A stretch of DNA of 64,000 nucleotides from Pecten maximus (Eukaryota), in assembly GCF_902652985.1 (NCBI RefSeq), contig NC_047025.1:39618001-39682000 (forward strand), in the 5' to 3' direction. This document shows positions 14,614 through 27,282 of this stretch, piece by piece (positions within the stretch are counted from its first letter, which is position 1; each line of letters starts with the position of its first letter). A program made the translations under genes and the position numbers. Under the pieces are notes generated by a model that searched no databases, was not told the DNA's origin, and worked only from the letters and a program-made list of their open reading frames with translations.

Positions 14614-15415
14614 GTACGTATCATGGACAATGGCTTAGGGGCATGCGCCACGGCTATGGAGTGCGCGCAAGCGTACCCTATGGTCTGGCGTCACATTACC
14701 GACCTAAGACGTTACGGGCGTCTTTGACGTCACTACGCAGTGAAAACGAGGATGAGATTGTGGTGAAAAATCGTGATAAAAAACTAGATGAGAGCCGTGG
14801 AGGTTTCGTTCTTAAAGCCAAGAGTGACGAAACTCCCCCCAGTAGACGGCGCTCCATATTCGATAAGCAGGGCAGGTCTAGTTTACGGAAAACTCTAATG
14901 TCAGGTCTGAAGCTCAAAAAGCAAAAAAGCACAGGTGACATCAACAGTTCGCCTAGCCGTCAGACAGGCTCTGTGCGCAGTACAATCAGTAACATCAGTC
15001 ACGTGAGTGCCGATTCGACGCAGTCTGGGATGACGAACGCTTCCATGTACACAGATAGTAATTTAAGTTTTGTAAGCCAGGATGACATCACGGATATCAA
15101 CGTCACGGAAACGTACATGGGAGAATGGAAAAACGACAAGCGTTCTGGCTTCGGTGTAAGTGAACGTTCCGACGGACTAAAGTACGAAGGCGAGTGGTAT
15201 AACAATAAGAAATATGGATATGGAGTGACAACATTCAAGGATGGTGCCAGAGAGGAAGGGAAATATAAAAACAATGTTTTAATATCATCAGGAAAGAAAA
15301 ATAAATTATTCTTGATCAGGACTTCTAAACTGCGTGAACGAGTGGACAATGCGGTTTTGTCGGCACAGCGGTGGGCCCAAATCTCTCTACAAAAGGCGGA
15401 TTTAGCAATCTCAAG
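14614..15415 (+). CDS. JPH: Junctophilin, internal coding exon (MORN VI, joining region, MORN VII-VIII, start of alpha-helical domain)
   Basis: Translation [18 protein letters not shown]...[39 protein letters not shown]...QKADLAISR shows MORN repeats and the junctophilin layout; acceptor tttttcctacag (AG 14612-14613, phase 1), donor AG/gtgagt at 15416 (phase 2). Confidence 0.96.
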
Positions 15416-16449
15416 GTGAGTCTATTTATTTACCATATTTACGGTATGCTAATTCATGTATGTATGGTAACTGTAGTACATGAGGTCGCGTGTGCGACAG
15501 TCTGCTTAACATCAATAGTATTGATTTCACCTCCAATGGGATATCACATAAGTTAGCGGTGCAAATATTTTTTAAATATATAATATCTGCATCATGAAAT
15601 AAATATAATTGAGGTATAACATCCTATCGTTCCACTCATTACTAGTAGGTACACACATACAACCGGAAGCGGAAATCAATAGCTGTTGTAACGACCGGCA
15701 ACAGATGGTATAGAAACTTCGTAACATAAATATTTCTTAAATCATTCGACATGAAAATGAAGAGTGAACCAACTTATCACGATCACACCTCCCCCACCCA
15801 ACAGACTTTTAAAATGAGCCTCGTTAGAAGTTTGTAAGTCACATTGAACCAGTGTTAAATATTTTAGAAGTACACAAATCTGGACATTGGTTTGTTGCGC
15901 TCCATCTGATCGAGTTCTGACTGTCTGATGGTGCAGGACGCCATCACTCATCACACTTCTTCTGTTATGATACTCAGTGTTAATCTCTACCCGGTCGGTA
16001 CGTGTAATCAAACTATTGGGGTAATTATGTAAGGCTGTTCCTGTAAGTAATAGATTACATTATAGAACGTTTCAGTATATTTCCATTGAATGAGTCGGTA
16101 AAACTCCATATTCGGGTTTAATGGCGTTATACCCGAATGAATTGGCCTGTGTCCTTCTCTGTGCCGTCGGTCATTCAATGCTACACAAACCTTATCAAGA
16201 TTCCAAACAATTTATCTTTACATAAGGATTTGACACATACGCAAGTACAAGCGGATGCTATAGTATCCATATGTCCTTGTGGTCGGGAATAATTCAAGCT
16301 GGCTCGGTGTCAACACAGACAGCACACACGAAAGCTTATGCCGACGGCTCGTCTGCAAACCCTGATTTATAAAGTAAATCGCCATTTTGATCGATCTTGA
16401 TGTAAGGCTATTATTATCTTCTATAGCGTGCGATTGATTAAGATGCTGC

Positions 16450-17400
16450 TGTCGTTGTTCACATAGATGATCTGTTGTTGTTGTTGTTCACAGAGATGAT
16501 CTGTTGTTGTTGTCGTTCATAGCGATGACCTGATGTTGTCATTCATAGAGATAACCTGTTGTTGTCGTTCAAAGCGATGACCTGTTGTCGTCGTTGTAGC
16601 GATGACATGTTGTTATTGTCGTCATAGCGATGACCTGTTGTTGTCGTCCCGTTGTTGTTATTCATAGCGATGACCTGATGTTGCTGTTCACAGCGATGAC
16701 CTGATGTTGTTATTCATAGCGATGACCTGTTGTTGTCGTTCACAGCGATGACCCTGTTGATGTTATTCATAGCGATGGTCATTTGTTGTTGCTGTTCACA
16801 GCGATGACCTGTTGTTGTAGTACACAGCGATGACCTGTTGTTGTCGTTCACAGCTATGACCCTGTTGTTGCTGTTCACAGCGATGACCTGTTGTTGCTGT
16901 TCACAGCGATGACCTGTTGTTGTCGTACACAGCGATGACCTGTGGTTGTCGTTCACAGCGATGACCCTGTTGTTGCTGTTCACAGCGATGACCTGTGGTT
17001 GTCGTTCACAGCGATGACCTGTTGTTGCTGTTCACAGCGATGACCTGTGGTTGTCGTTCACAGCGATGACCCTGTTGTTGTCGTTCACAGCGATGACCTG
17101 TTGTTGCTGTTCACAGCGATGACCTGCGGTTGTCGTTCACAGCGATGACCCTGTTGTTTTCGTTCACAGCGATGACCTGTTGTTGCTGTTCACAGCGATG
17201 ACCTGTTGTTGCTGTTCACAGCGATGACCTTTGGTTGTCATTCACAGCGATGACCCTGTTGTTGTCGTTCACAGCGATGACCCTGTTGTTGTCGTTCACA
17301 GCGATGACCCTGTTGTTGTTGTTCACAGCGATGACCTGTTGTTGTCGATCACAGCGATGACCCTGTTGTTGTCGTTCACAGCGATGGTCATTTGTTGTTA
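16450..17400. repeat. 26-27-bp minisatellite
   Basis: Unit GTTGTTGTCGTTCACAGCGATGACCT. Confidence 0.93.
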
Positions 17401-17404
17401 CAAA

Positions 17405-17620
17405 TTTAGCTCACCTGGTCCAAAGGACCAAGGTACCGTGGTGTCGGTGTCCGGTGTCCGACGTTCGACATGTCCTTTCTGTAGTGATCGTGCATTCTCA
17501 CGACGCCTGCAGACCAAATTGTCTCTTACTGGTTTTGATGAACATGACGTGTTAATCTATCACACGATTTTCTCCGACCAGGTGACATTCAATCTCATTA
17601 ATTTGGTGTGATATAGAATG
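17405..17620 (+). mobile_element. Helentron-associated (HINE/DINE-like) element 5' remnant
   Basis: TTTAGCTCACCTG followed by a GGTCC-AAA-GGACC hairpin and a GTCC/GTCG-type short repeat, the 5' layout of bivalve HINE-type elements; 3' boundary uncertain. Confidence 0.45.
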
Positions 17621-17755
17621 TATCAGTATTTATACACGGTCCTCGACTGACCTTCATTCGACCAACAAACAGCCAAAACGTGTCGAACGCGGCAAAGTAT
17701 ACTCACTTCAATACTAACACAGAGTATACCTACTGAAATACCAACACAGATTATA

Positions 17756-18255
17756 GTTGGTTTAATGTCTAACCGACACGGACTGTCATATTACCTACCT
17801 GTTGGTTTAATGTCTAACCGACACGGACTGTCATATTACCTACCTGTTGGTTTGGTGTCTAACCGACACGGACTGTCATATTACCTACCTGTTGGTTTGG
17901 TGTCTAACCGACACGGACTGTCATATTACCTACCTGTTGGTTTAATGTCTAACCGACACGGACTGTCATATTACCTACCTGTTGGTTTAATGTCTAACCG
18001 ACACGGACTGTCTTATTACCTACCTGTTGGTTTAATGTCTAACCGACACGGACTGTCATATTACCTACCTGTTGGTTTGGTGTCTAACCGACACGGACTG
18101 TCATATTACCTACCTGTTGGTTTAATGTCTTACCGACACGGACTGTCATATTACCTACCTGTTGGTTTGGTGTCTAACCGACACGGACTGTCATATTACC
18201 TACCTGTTGGTTTAATGTCTTACCGACACGGACTGTCATATTACCTACCTGTTTG
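17756..18255. repeat. 45-bp minisatellite, 11 copies
   Basis: Unit GTTGGTTTAATGTCTAACCGACACGGACTGTCATATTACCTACCT. Confidence 0.96.
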
Positions 18256-19891
18256 TCGTGTATTTGGTGATAGAGTTAATTTCATTGCTATTAATATAAG
18301 TAGCACGTGTTATTTCTATGTGCGCTAAAATTATCCAAAACGATGTTAGGAGGCAATCATTTCTACTTCTTACAAGGCCGTCTCTGTTCAATTGCAATAT
18401 GAGGTTATCTTCCATGTGGGCTGATATACAATGTCCAGACCGGTCAGTCATATCAATCGTGCAAATTACTCGAGTTTAAAAACAATCAAGTTAATTGCAA
18501 AGGGAAACAATCACGAATGACTTTGACATGACAGACTAAATATTGATCAGAATTATCGTATTCAAGTCATTATTATTATGACAGACTGAAAGCGTTGACC
18601 ATAGTCTACGCTGCTGGTAGTCGGGCCGCTTTAATTATATATCGCAGTATAGTATGCCGAAAGTGATAAAACAATAAAGATATGAAATTGCTGTAGGCTC
18701 ATTTGCCATCGGGGATATCCGCGTACTCAGAGCGTAGACTGCTAGTGAAAATGATACCCGTCTACGAAGCGTTCATCCAATAACTTTCTAGTAGAACTTG
18801 TAAGTTCGGTCGTAAAGCGCACCATCTACAGCCGTAATAGATTGTAGGGCAGCAGACCACGGTAAACGGAAGTCACCGGTCGATAGGGAGGCCGACGGCT
18901 CCATGGAGTTATATCTTAGGCCAAACTCAAATAAAGTAGAGTATGGAACAGTCTGGCCTACGGGAGATGTACCTAATGGTAGGTCTCCTTTGGTGATTAT
19001 AAGACACTGTCACCGTCCTGTCTGTTGATGGATGTAACCTTTGGTGATTATAAGACACTGTCACCGTCCTGTCTGTTGATGGATGTACATCTATCCAGTA
19101 ATATGACGTGTTTCTCCTCCACATCTGGAACTGTATGAAATCATGTAATTATTGATACAGAAAAAGGTTATTAGTGCCACTGCACGCTATGCACGTCGGT
19201 GCACGTGTTTGATGAGCGCCACTCGCTCGTGTAATTACTTGCATACTTAATCACAACGTACATTTATTAACGAACGCGACTAAATGGATAAGTCAAGAAC
19301 CAATCACATGCACTCGTATATACCTAAACAACCAATCAAATTTATTGATGTATACCTAAACAACCAATCAAATTTATTGATGTATACCTAAACAACCAAT
19401 CAAATTTATTGATGTATACCTAAACAGCCAATCACATGTATAAAGCATATCTTGGTTATATAAGTTTGTGTACTGAGACGGTATTATTGTAGAAATCATT
19501 GTGCGGTTTGCATGGCTCCATCCGTTCCCAGTCTACCATGCTCCTGTTTATCAGTGTTGGCATTAGTGGTTTAATCAAATGCATGTTTGACATAGGGGAT
19601 GTACACACGTCATTTTGAATTACTGATAACATCTCCTAACAGCTTACGACATTATGGTACATGTTACTGCTCTAATGTTATTTTGATACATTTCTCTGAT
19701 GATCACGATTAATAAATCCCCTACAAAGTGTTTACCGTGAATCTCACGAAGACAATATTTTATTCAATACGATAATGGGTATTGTATTGTCCCGAAACTG
19801 TAGGGATTTTCACACCACCGGAAGTTATTAAAAAGTCACACAACGACGGGCACATTATTACTAGTATATACATGTACATGCGTTAAAGTTT

Positions 19892-19906
19892 GACGACGAC
19901 GACGTC

Positions 19907-19940
<34 letters not shown>

Positions 19941-19943
19941 GAC

Positions 19944-19980
<37 letters not shown>
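19892..19980. repeat. (GAC)n/(GAT)n microsatellite
   Basis: Direct inspection. Confidence 0.95.
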
Positions 19981-20471
19981 CATTCCTAAACTTTGTAGAA
20001 TTGTGTTAAACTGTTATTTCTAGCCCAGTTGCCAAGGTCATTGTCCTTCCTTTGGTTGTCCGTCCCTTGTACAGTGAATCTAACACACGTGGTGTTGATG
20101 CTGGAGTTCTCTGTCAATATACTATCAAAACGTCACCTCATAAAACACTTCAAATACCACCAGGATACAACACGACGTGATCGAATTAAAACATTCAAGC
20201 AGTAGCCTACATACGTTTCCTTTAATATAAGACATGTACACCAGTCCTAAACCTAACCATGCATGTTCATGGCTGCCAAACCCTGCAACATCTATAACAC
20301 GACTGAGCGCGCGAGCAATGAGCCATAACTTGGGCTAAAACCAGATGCAGCATGTTCTCTACGCACTTAACTGTTCACAACTGGTGCATCACTATGTCCA
20401 TTACTCCAGGATCCCCAACTATTGCCATATTACTCCACGATATACAACTATTGCCTTAATAATTATAAAGG

Positions 20472-20978
20472 TACACAACTAATACTGACGTATAATGGTG
20501 ACTCCATCACAGTACACAACTAATACTGACGTATAATGGTGACTCCATCACAGTACACAACTAATACTGACGTATAATGGTGACTCCATCACAGTACACA
20601 ACTACTGACGTATAATGGTGACTCCATCACAGTACACAACTAATACTGACGTATAATGGTGACTCCATCACAGTACACAACTAATACTGACGTATAATGG
20701 TGACTCCATCACAGTACACAACTAATACTGACGTATAATGGTGACTCCATCACAGTACACAACTAATGCTGACGTATAATGGTGACTCCATCACAGTACA
20801 CAACTAATACTGACATATAACGGTGACTCCATCACAGTACACAACTAATACTGACACATAATGGTGACTCCATCACAGTACACAACTAATGCTGACGTAT
20901 AATGGTGACTCCATCACAGTATACAACTAATGCTGACGTATAATGGTGACTCCATCACAGTACACTATTAATACTGAC
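20472..20978. repeat. 41-bp minisatellite, about 12 copies
   Basis: Unit GTACACAACTAATACTGACGTATAATGGTGACTCCATCACA. Confidence 0.95.
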
Positions 20979-23684
20979 GGACTATTGTGTGGAAATTAGA
21001 CGTAGTAACCGAACGATTTTACAAACTGTTAAAGTGGGAGAAAAAGTAGTGAAGTGATTGTTTCAGTTTAAATGCGTTACTTGGATATTTTTGAATCCTT
21101 CGCGTCTGAACACATCTGGTGATTTCTCTGTGTTGATGGTGGAACTTTCTTGGTAGTCACTATATTGTGATTGATTGGATCGTCTTCGTGATATTATTCA
21201 AGAGTAGAACATAATGTATCTGGGATGTTTTGTCTCCAACTCATTGGTTTTGTAATGCACTGAATAAATGACCTTGAAAAAAAAATGAAAAAAAAAAAAC
21301 ATTCTTAAAATCTTTTGGATGAAAATGAAAGGATGTCTTCAAATTTACGTCACTAATGTTCTGCACGGTAAATTAAAGATCTGTTGGCGTGAGTAAGGGA
21401 ACTTTGTCAGATATCAGTCGACCATCGCTCGAGTTCCAGAAAAAATACTTTAGTTGTAAACAGAAGGGAGACGGTACACGTATACAGACACGGAAAACAA
21501 AGATTGAAAAACAATGATTGGAATTCTGACGATATTGCGTAAATGTTATCGGGGAGATGGATTTTAATGTTTCTTTGACATGAACACATTCTACTTAAAT
21601 ACCACCAGTGTATACCTTAACTACGCCGAGGTCACGTGCATGACGTAATAATTGAAGGAACCTAAAGTTTTATGGTTCTTGAAATGACTGGTCCCCGGTG
21701 TTCTGTTCTTCATCACATCTAAACCTTCAATCATAATTTGTTAGTCGTAGTTTTACCACGATGTCTACCCTAATTTACGTCTTTATTTAGTTGCTTATTT
21801 TTACCATTAAACTGCCGCCTTGACTTTAACGAAGACACCGCCTTGACGACAGTGAAAAGTGACAAACTAAAATACCGCCTTGACCACAGTGAAGACCACA
21901 GTGAAGAGTGACATATTTTCAATAGATACATGCCACATTGTCAACAAAGACAGAATGGTACTATGCTAACCACAAAATGTCATCTAATGAAAGCTGACCT
22001 GGTGTACATTGGATAGCTCTTCGATCAAGAGCAAGTTGCTATATAAGCGTTATAGTAGAAGTACCAGGATAAATTGCTTCGTCACAACGAATCTTTGAAG
22101 TCATCAACGTTTGTAGGGGAAATTAACGCCTACATTATGTACCTCATCTATTTCTAACACCTGCCTGCCCTGACGTCACACACATTCCGACTGCTGTGAT
22201 ATGGGGTCACCCTGTCGGTCGGTAGTATGCACATTGGGTATTCACGCATCCAAGTTCTCTCGCGCGAGGCTGGTTAAATTCTTATTGTTATTATCTTACC
22301 TGAGTACCAGTTATTATCTTACCCGAGTACCATTTATTATCTTACCCGAGTACCAAACACAGATAGACGACTGAATTTATCCTAACACGTGTTTCTACAG
22401 CGACTGACGTATCAGGAATCCATTACTTGTGCTATATCATATCACATTTCCGTTTGATGCATTCGATATATTAAATCAAAAAGTATGTGCTAACAGTCCC
22501 AATAAAGGTAAGGTTGGATACATGCTGTGGTTTGTTTACTGCTAAATATAGTATATAGCCAATATACAGTTACTTAAACTGAAAACAATGAATTATTGTC
22601 AAACAAACTTCAGTTTAAACACCAAATGTTTAATTTAAGTAACTAAAATGCCCCGGGAGTGAAGACATGCTCTTCACGTGAAATATAGACAGTTCTACTA
22701 CCGATGTTGCAAGCATGCTTCCCAATTATCAAATTCATGATTCCCACTCACGAAATGTGTTCTCCCTTAAGGACCGATACAGATGCTTGCTCGGTGTCTG
22801 TTTTAGAGAAACAATTTTCAGCATTTTCTCCACATGATCAACATATTTTCCTTCGATATTACGAGCTCATTCCCTTTTCACATTGTTTGAAAATTGGTAT
22901 GAATGATAAATGTCATTTTATATTCACAAGGCAGTTATATACCATCATTTTCAATATATTCAGAGGTTAATCGGAAAAGGCAGCACTTCGCCGACTTATC
23001 GCTTCTCCACGAGACCATAGACACTCGACTGGTGAAGCCTGGTGCCGCCAGAGGGACTTAGCTCCTTAATTACCTCCGAATGGATAAGACAATTCGATTG
23101 CTTTTTATCAATGGGACTTGGGAATGTACTACTAGTTTAGCGGGTTGTACAAATTAGGTTACAGTTTACATACACTGGATTTAATTATTCCCCAATCCCG
23201 TGATAACGGTACGGCAGACAACACAGGTCCATCTCGGCTTGTCTCTACCGTCATGCAATGTCAAATATCTGCCATGGTTAATTAAACCTTGGGGGATGTA
23301 GCACCCTTTCTCACAGACCTGTGAGAGATTGACAATACCAAGATATGTAAATACAAAATGTATGAGTAAACACATGACCGTCTTATCTCAAGCAGCATGG
23401 ACTTATCTCAGTATCGATAATTGAGAGTGTTTGCTAAGCTATACATCCAATATATAAAATGATTACTGTATCACATAAGTTATTTGCAGATACTGTTTTC
23501 GCTCTTCAGAAAGTTCCATAATGATTTTCTCGTGAGTATCCCATAAAAGCCACGATTAGTTTGGTATGCTAACTGCACAGCTATATAGTATAAGTCATCG
23601 GTTAGTACACCAATGATAAAGTGTTTAGGATTGGGTTAGTGTTATGTTCAGTAGATAGTTAAGGACTTGGTTAGTGTTATGTGT

Positions 23685-23912
23685 GGGGGCCGCGGTGGCC
23701 GAGTGGTTAAGGTGTCCCGACACTTTAACACTAGCCCTCCACCACTGGGTTGCGAGTTTGAAACCTACGTGGGGCAGTTGCCAGGTACCGACCGTAGGCC
23801 GGTGGTTTTTCTCCGGGTACTCCGGCTTTCCTCCACCTCCAAAACCTGGCACGTCCTTAAATGACCCTGGCTGTTAATAGGACGTTAAAAAAATCAAACA
23901 AACAAACAAAAA
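23685..23912 (+). mobile_element. tRNA-derived SINE with V-SINE-like central domain
   Basis: GGGGCC start, A box TGGCCGAGTGG (23696), B-box-like GAGTTTGAAACC, core GGTTTTTCTCCGGGTACTCCGGCTTTCCTCCACC, tail AAATGACCCTGGCTGTTAATAGGACGTTAAA + (CAAA)n; TSD TAGTGTTATGT at 23672-23682 and 23913-23923; sits in a degenerate ~37-bp tandem repeat. Confidence 0.88.
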
Positions 23913-24234
23913 TAGTGTTATGTTCGGTAGTTAGTTTAGGATTGGGTTAATGTTATGTTTGGTAGTTAGTTACGGATTGGGTCAGTGTTATCTTCGATAG
24001 ATAGTTTATGATTGGGTTAGTTTAGTTGTTAGTTTTTCAAGGCAGATATCAAACCAAAGAGGACTTCGACTCGGCAGATTACAACAGTAAAGATTTAAAA
24101 AATGTCCCAGAGTAAGATGTCCCAGAGTTAGAATGTCGCAGATTTTGAATGGATTGAAGTGAAATGGGACTTCTTCACGGCGGACCAGGGACAAACATAC
24201 ATGTAAAGGATTTACTTTGGAAAATGTTTCTGTT

Positions 24235-24735
24235 TAGAGGACAGCACCATCACAAAGTAGAGAGGACATCACCCTCACAAAGTAGAGAGGACATTACCAT
24301 CACAAAGTAGAGAGGACATCACCCTCACAAAGTAGAGAGGACATCACCCTCACAAAGTAGAGAGGACAACACCCTCACAAAGTAGAGAGGACATCACCAT
24401 CACAAGTAGAGAGGACATTACCCTCACAAAGTAGAGAGGACAGCACCCTCACAAAGTAGAGAGGACATCACCCTCACAGGAGGACATCATCACAAAGTAG
24501 AGAGGACATCACCCTCACAGGAGGACATCATCACAAAGTAGAGAAGACAGCACCCTCACAGAGTAGAGAAGACATTACCCTCACAGAGTAGAGAGGACAG
24601 CACCCTCACAGAGTAGAGAGGACATCACCCTCACAGGAGGACATCATCACAAAGTAGAGAAGACATTACCCTCACAGAGTAGAGAAGACATTACCCTCAC
24701 AGAGTAGAGAGGACAGCACCCTCACAGAGTAGAGT
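24235..24735. repeat. ~25-bp minisatellite
   Basis: Unit AGAGAGGACATCACCCTCACAAAGT with deletion variants. Confidence 0.92.
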
Positions 24736-25682
24736 ATAACTCAACACAATACCAATGAGGCACCAGACATTGAAGACACAGCCATGATATAATTCAGTAT
24801 AGATTGCACTATTGGAGGGACATTGTTATGGTGGAGGACAAAACAAAACTTAGACTAGAATGTAGTCAAATACCAATCGTCCTAAGCTTGTGATGCTTAT
24901 ACAATTGTGTCAGTCGAGACGACCGGCTGTGACATAGCTCTCCGATCGATATATAAACATTGGAGTAATTTACTCCACAAGTACACTGCGGCGTGTGACA
25001 TACTAAATAGTATCGATGTATCCAGTAGGAGGTTGATCACATTGACTAAAATCTTTCTTGTGGCACACATGTTGGATCTGAAATCTGAGTCCGAGGCCAT
25101 TGCGTGTCCTGTTGTCTGTCGCGGGGCTCTTGACATTTCAGTGAAATGCATATGATGTAAAAACTATTTGCATGGTCCATTGATTTTGCAACCTTGGAAA
25201 TTGATGGCGTGTGAAACACTGAATTGGAGAGCTGTGCAGTCGTCAGTGTCACTAATATCTATTATGCTTACCAATAAACACAGGTATTATTAACACTTTA
25301 TATGTCTCATCATGACGTCAGCGGTTAACCGGGCGGTGAACAATTACAGGGGGACATGGTATGCCTTTGAATGTATTCATATCAGCTTTTGGAATTGTAT
25401 CTAATTCAATTGTAACTCGACTCTTTCAAATTATATACATCCTACTGGTGTTGATTAAACAGGGAACGCAGTCAGAAGACACCACGACACACAAGTCTTT
25501 AAAACCTCCACCGCATCATTGTCCTCATGTCCCTTGTCTAGTATATCATTCTCCTGCTATAGAACAAGGGTTAAAGGTATATAAATGACACGTAGGTTTT
25601 GTAATGGATAGGTCTGTCTTCAGTGATAATGGGCATGGAGTGCGGAAATCTAAAGAAACACACGTTATGGGTAGAATGTGAT

Positions 25683-27282
25683 GGCCTTCCTGGTCACCGG
25701 TAATCCTCACAGCCCCTCTCGCCATTAATTGTCCAATTTGGCCTTCTTGGTCACCGGTGATCCTCTCGGCCCCTCTCGCCATTAATTGTCCAATTTGGCC
25801 TTCTTGGTCACCGGTAATCCTCTCAGCCCCTCTCGCCATTAATTGTCCACTTTGGCCTTCCTGGTCACCGGTAATCCTCTCAGCCCCTCTCGCCATTAAT
25901 TGTCCACTTTGGCCTTCTTGGTCACCGGTAATCCTCTCAGCCCCTCTCGCCATTAATTGTCCACTTTGGCCTTCCTGGTCACCGGTAATCCTCTCGGCCC
26001 CTCTCGCCATTAATTGTCCACTTTGGCCTTCCTGGTCACCGGTAATCCTCTCAGCCCCTCTCGCCATTAATTGTCCACTTTGGCCTTCCTGGTCACCGGT
26101 AATCCTCTCAGCCCCTCTCGCCATTAATTGTCCACTTTGGCCTTCCTGGTCACCGGTAATCCCCTCAGCCCCTCTCGCCATTAATTGTCCACGTTGGCCT
26201 TCCTGGTCACCGGTAATCCTTTCAGCCCCTGTCGCCATTAATTGTCCACTTTGGCCTTCCTGGTCACCGGTAATCCTTTCAGCCCCTGTCGCCATTAATT
26301 GTCCACTTTGGCCTTCCTGGTCACCGGTAATCCTCACAGCCCCTCTCGCCATTAATTGTCCACTTTAGCCTTCCTGGTCACCGGTAATCCTCTCGGCCCC
26401 TCTCGCCATTAATTGTCCACGTTGGCCTTCCTGGTCACCGGTAATCCTTTCAGCCCCTGTCGCCATCAATTGTCCACTTTGGCCTTCCTGGTCACCGGTA
26501 ATCCTCTCAGCCCCTCTCGCCATTAATTGTCCACTTTGGCCTTCTTGGTCACCGGTAATCCTCTCAGCCCCTCTCGCCATTAATTGTCCACTTTGGCCTT
26601 CCTGGTCACCGGTAATCCTCTCGGCCCCTCTCGCCATTAATTGTCCACTTTGGCCTTCCTGGTCACCGGTAATCCTCTCAGCCCCTCTCGCCATTAATTG
26701 TCCACTTTGGCCTTCCTGGTCACCGGTAATCCTCTCAGCCCCTCTCGCCATTAATTGTCCACTTTGGCCTTCCTGGTCACCGGTAATCCCCTCAGCCCCT
26801 CTCGCCATTAATTGTCCACGTTGGCCTTCCTGGTCACCGGTAATCCTTTCAGCCCCTGTCGCCATTAATTGTCCACTTTGGCCTTCCTGGTCACCGGTAA
26901 TCCTTTCAGCCCCTGTCGCCATTAATTGTCCACTTTGGCCTTCCTGGTCACCGGTAATCCTCTCGGCCCCTCTCGCCATTAATTGTCCACTTTAGCCTTC
27001 CTGGTCACCGGTAATCCTCTCGGCCCCTCTCGCCATTAATTGTCCACGTTGGCCTTCCTGGTCACCGGTAATCCTTTCAGCCCCTGTCGCCATCAATTGT
27101 CCACTTTGGCCTTCCTGGTCACCGGTAATCCTCTCGGCCCCTCTCGCCATTAATTGTCCACTTTAGCCTTCCTGGTCACCGGTAATCCTCTCGGCCCCTC
27201 TCGCCATTAATTGTCCTCTTTAGCCTTCCTGGTCACCGGTAATCCTCTCAGCCCTTCTCGCCATTAATTTCCACTTTGGCCT
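25683..27282. repeat. 57-bp minisatellite, about 28 copies
   Basis: Unit GGCCTTCCTGGTCACCGGTAATCCTCTCAGCCCCTCTCGCCATTAATTGTCCACTTT. Confidence 0.97.

Noticed and set aside
23685-23770. tRNA gene
   Set aside because: A and B boxes are present but there is no clean cloverleaf, and it continues into a SINE core, tail and TSD.
25546-26979. Collagen-like or antifreeze-like repeat ORFs
   Set aside because: 57-bp minisatellite inside a junctophilin intron; stops arise from single-unit variants.
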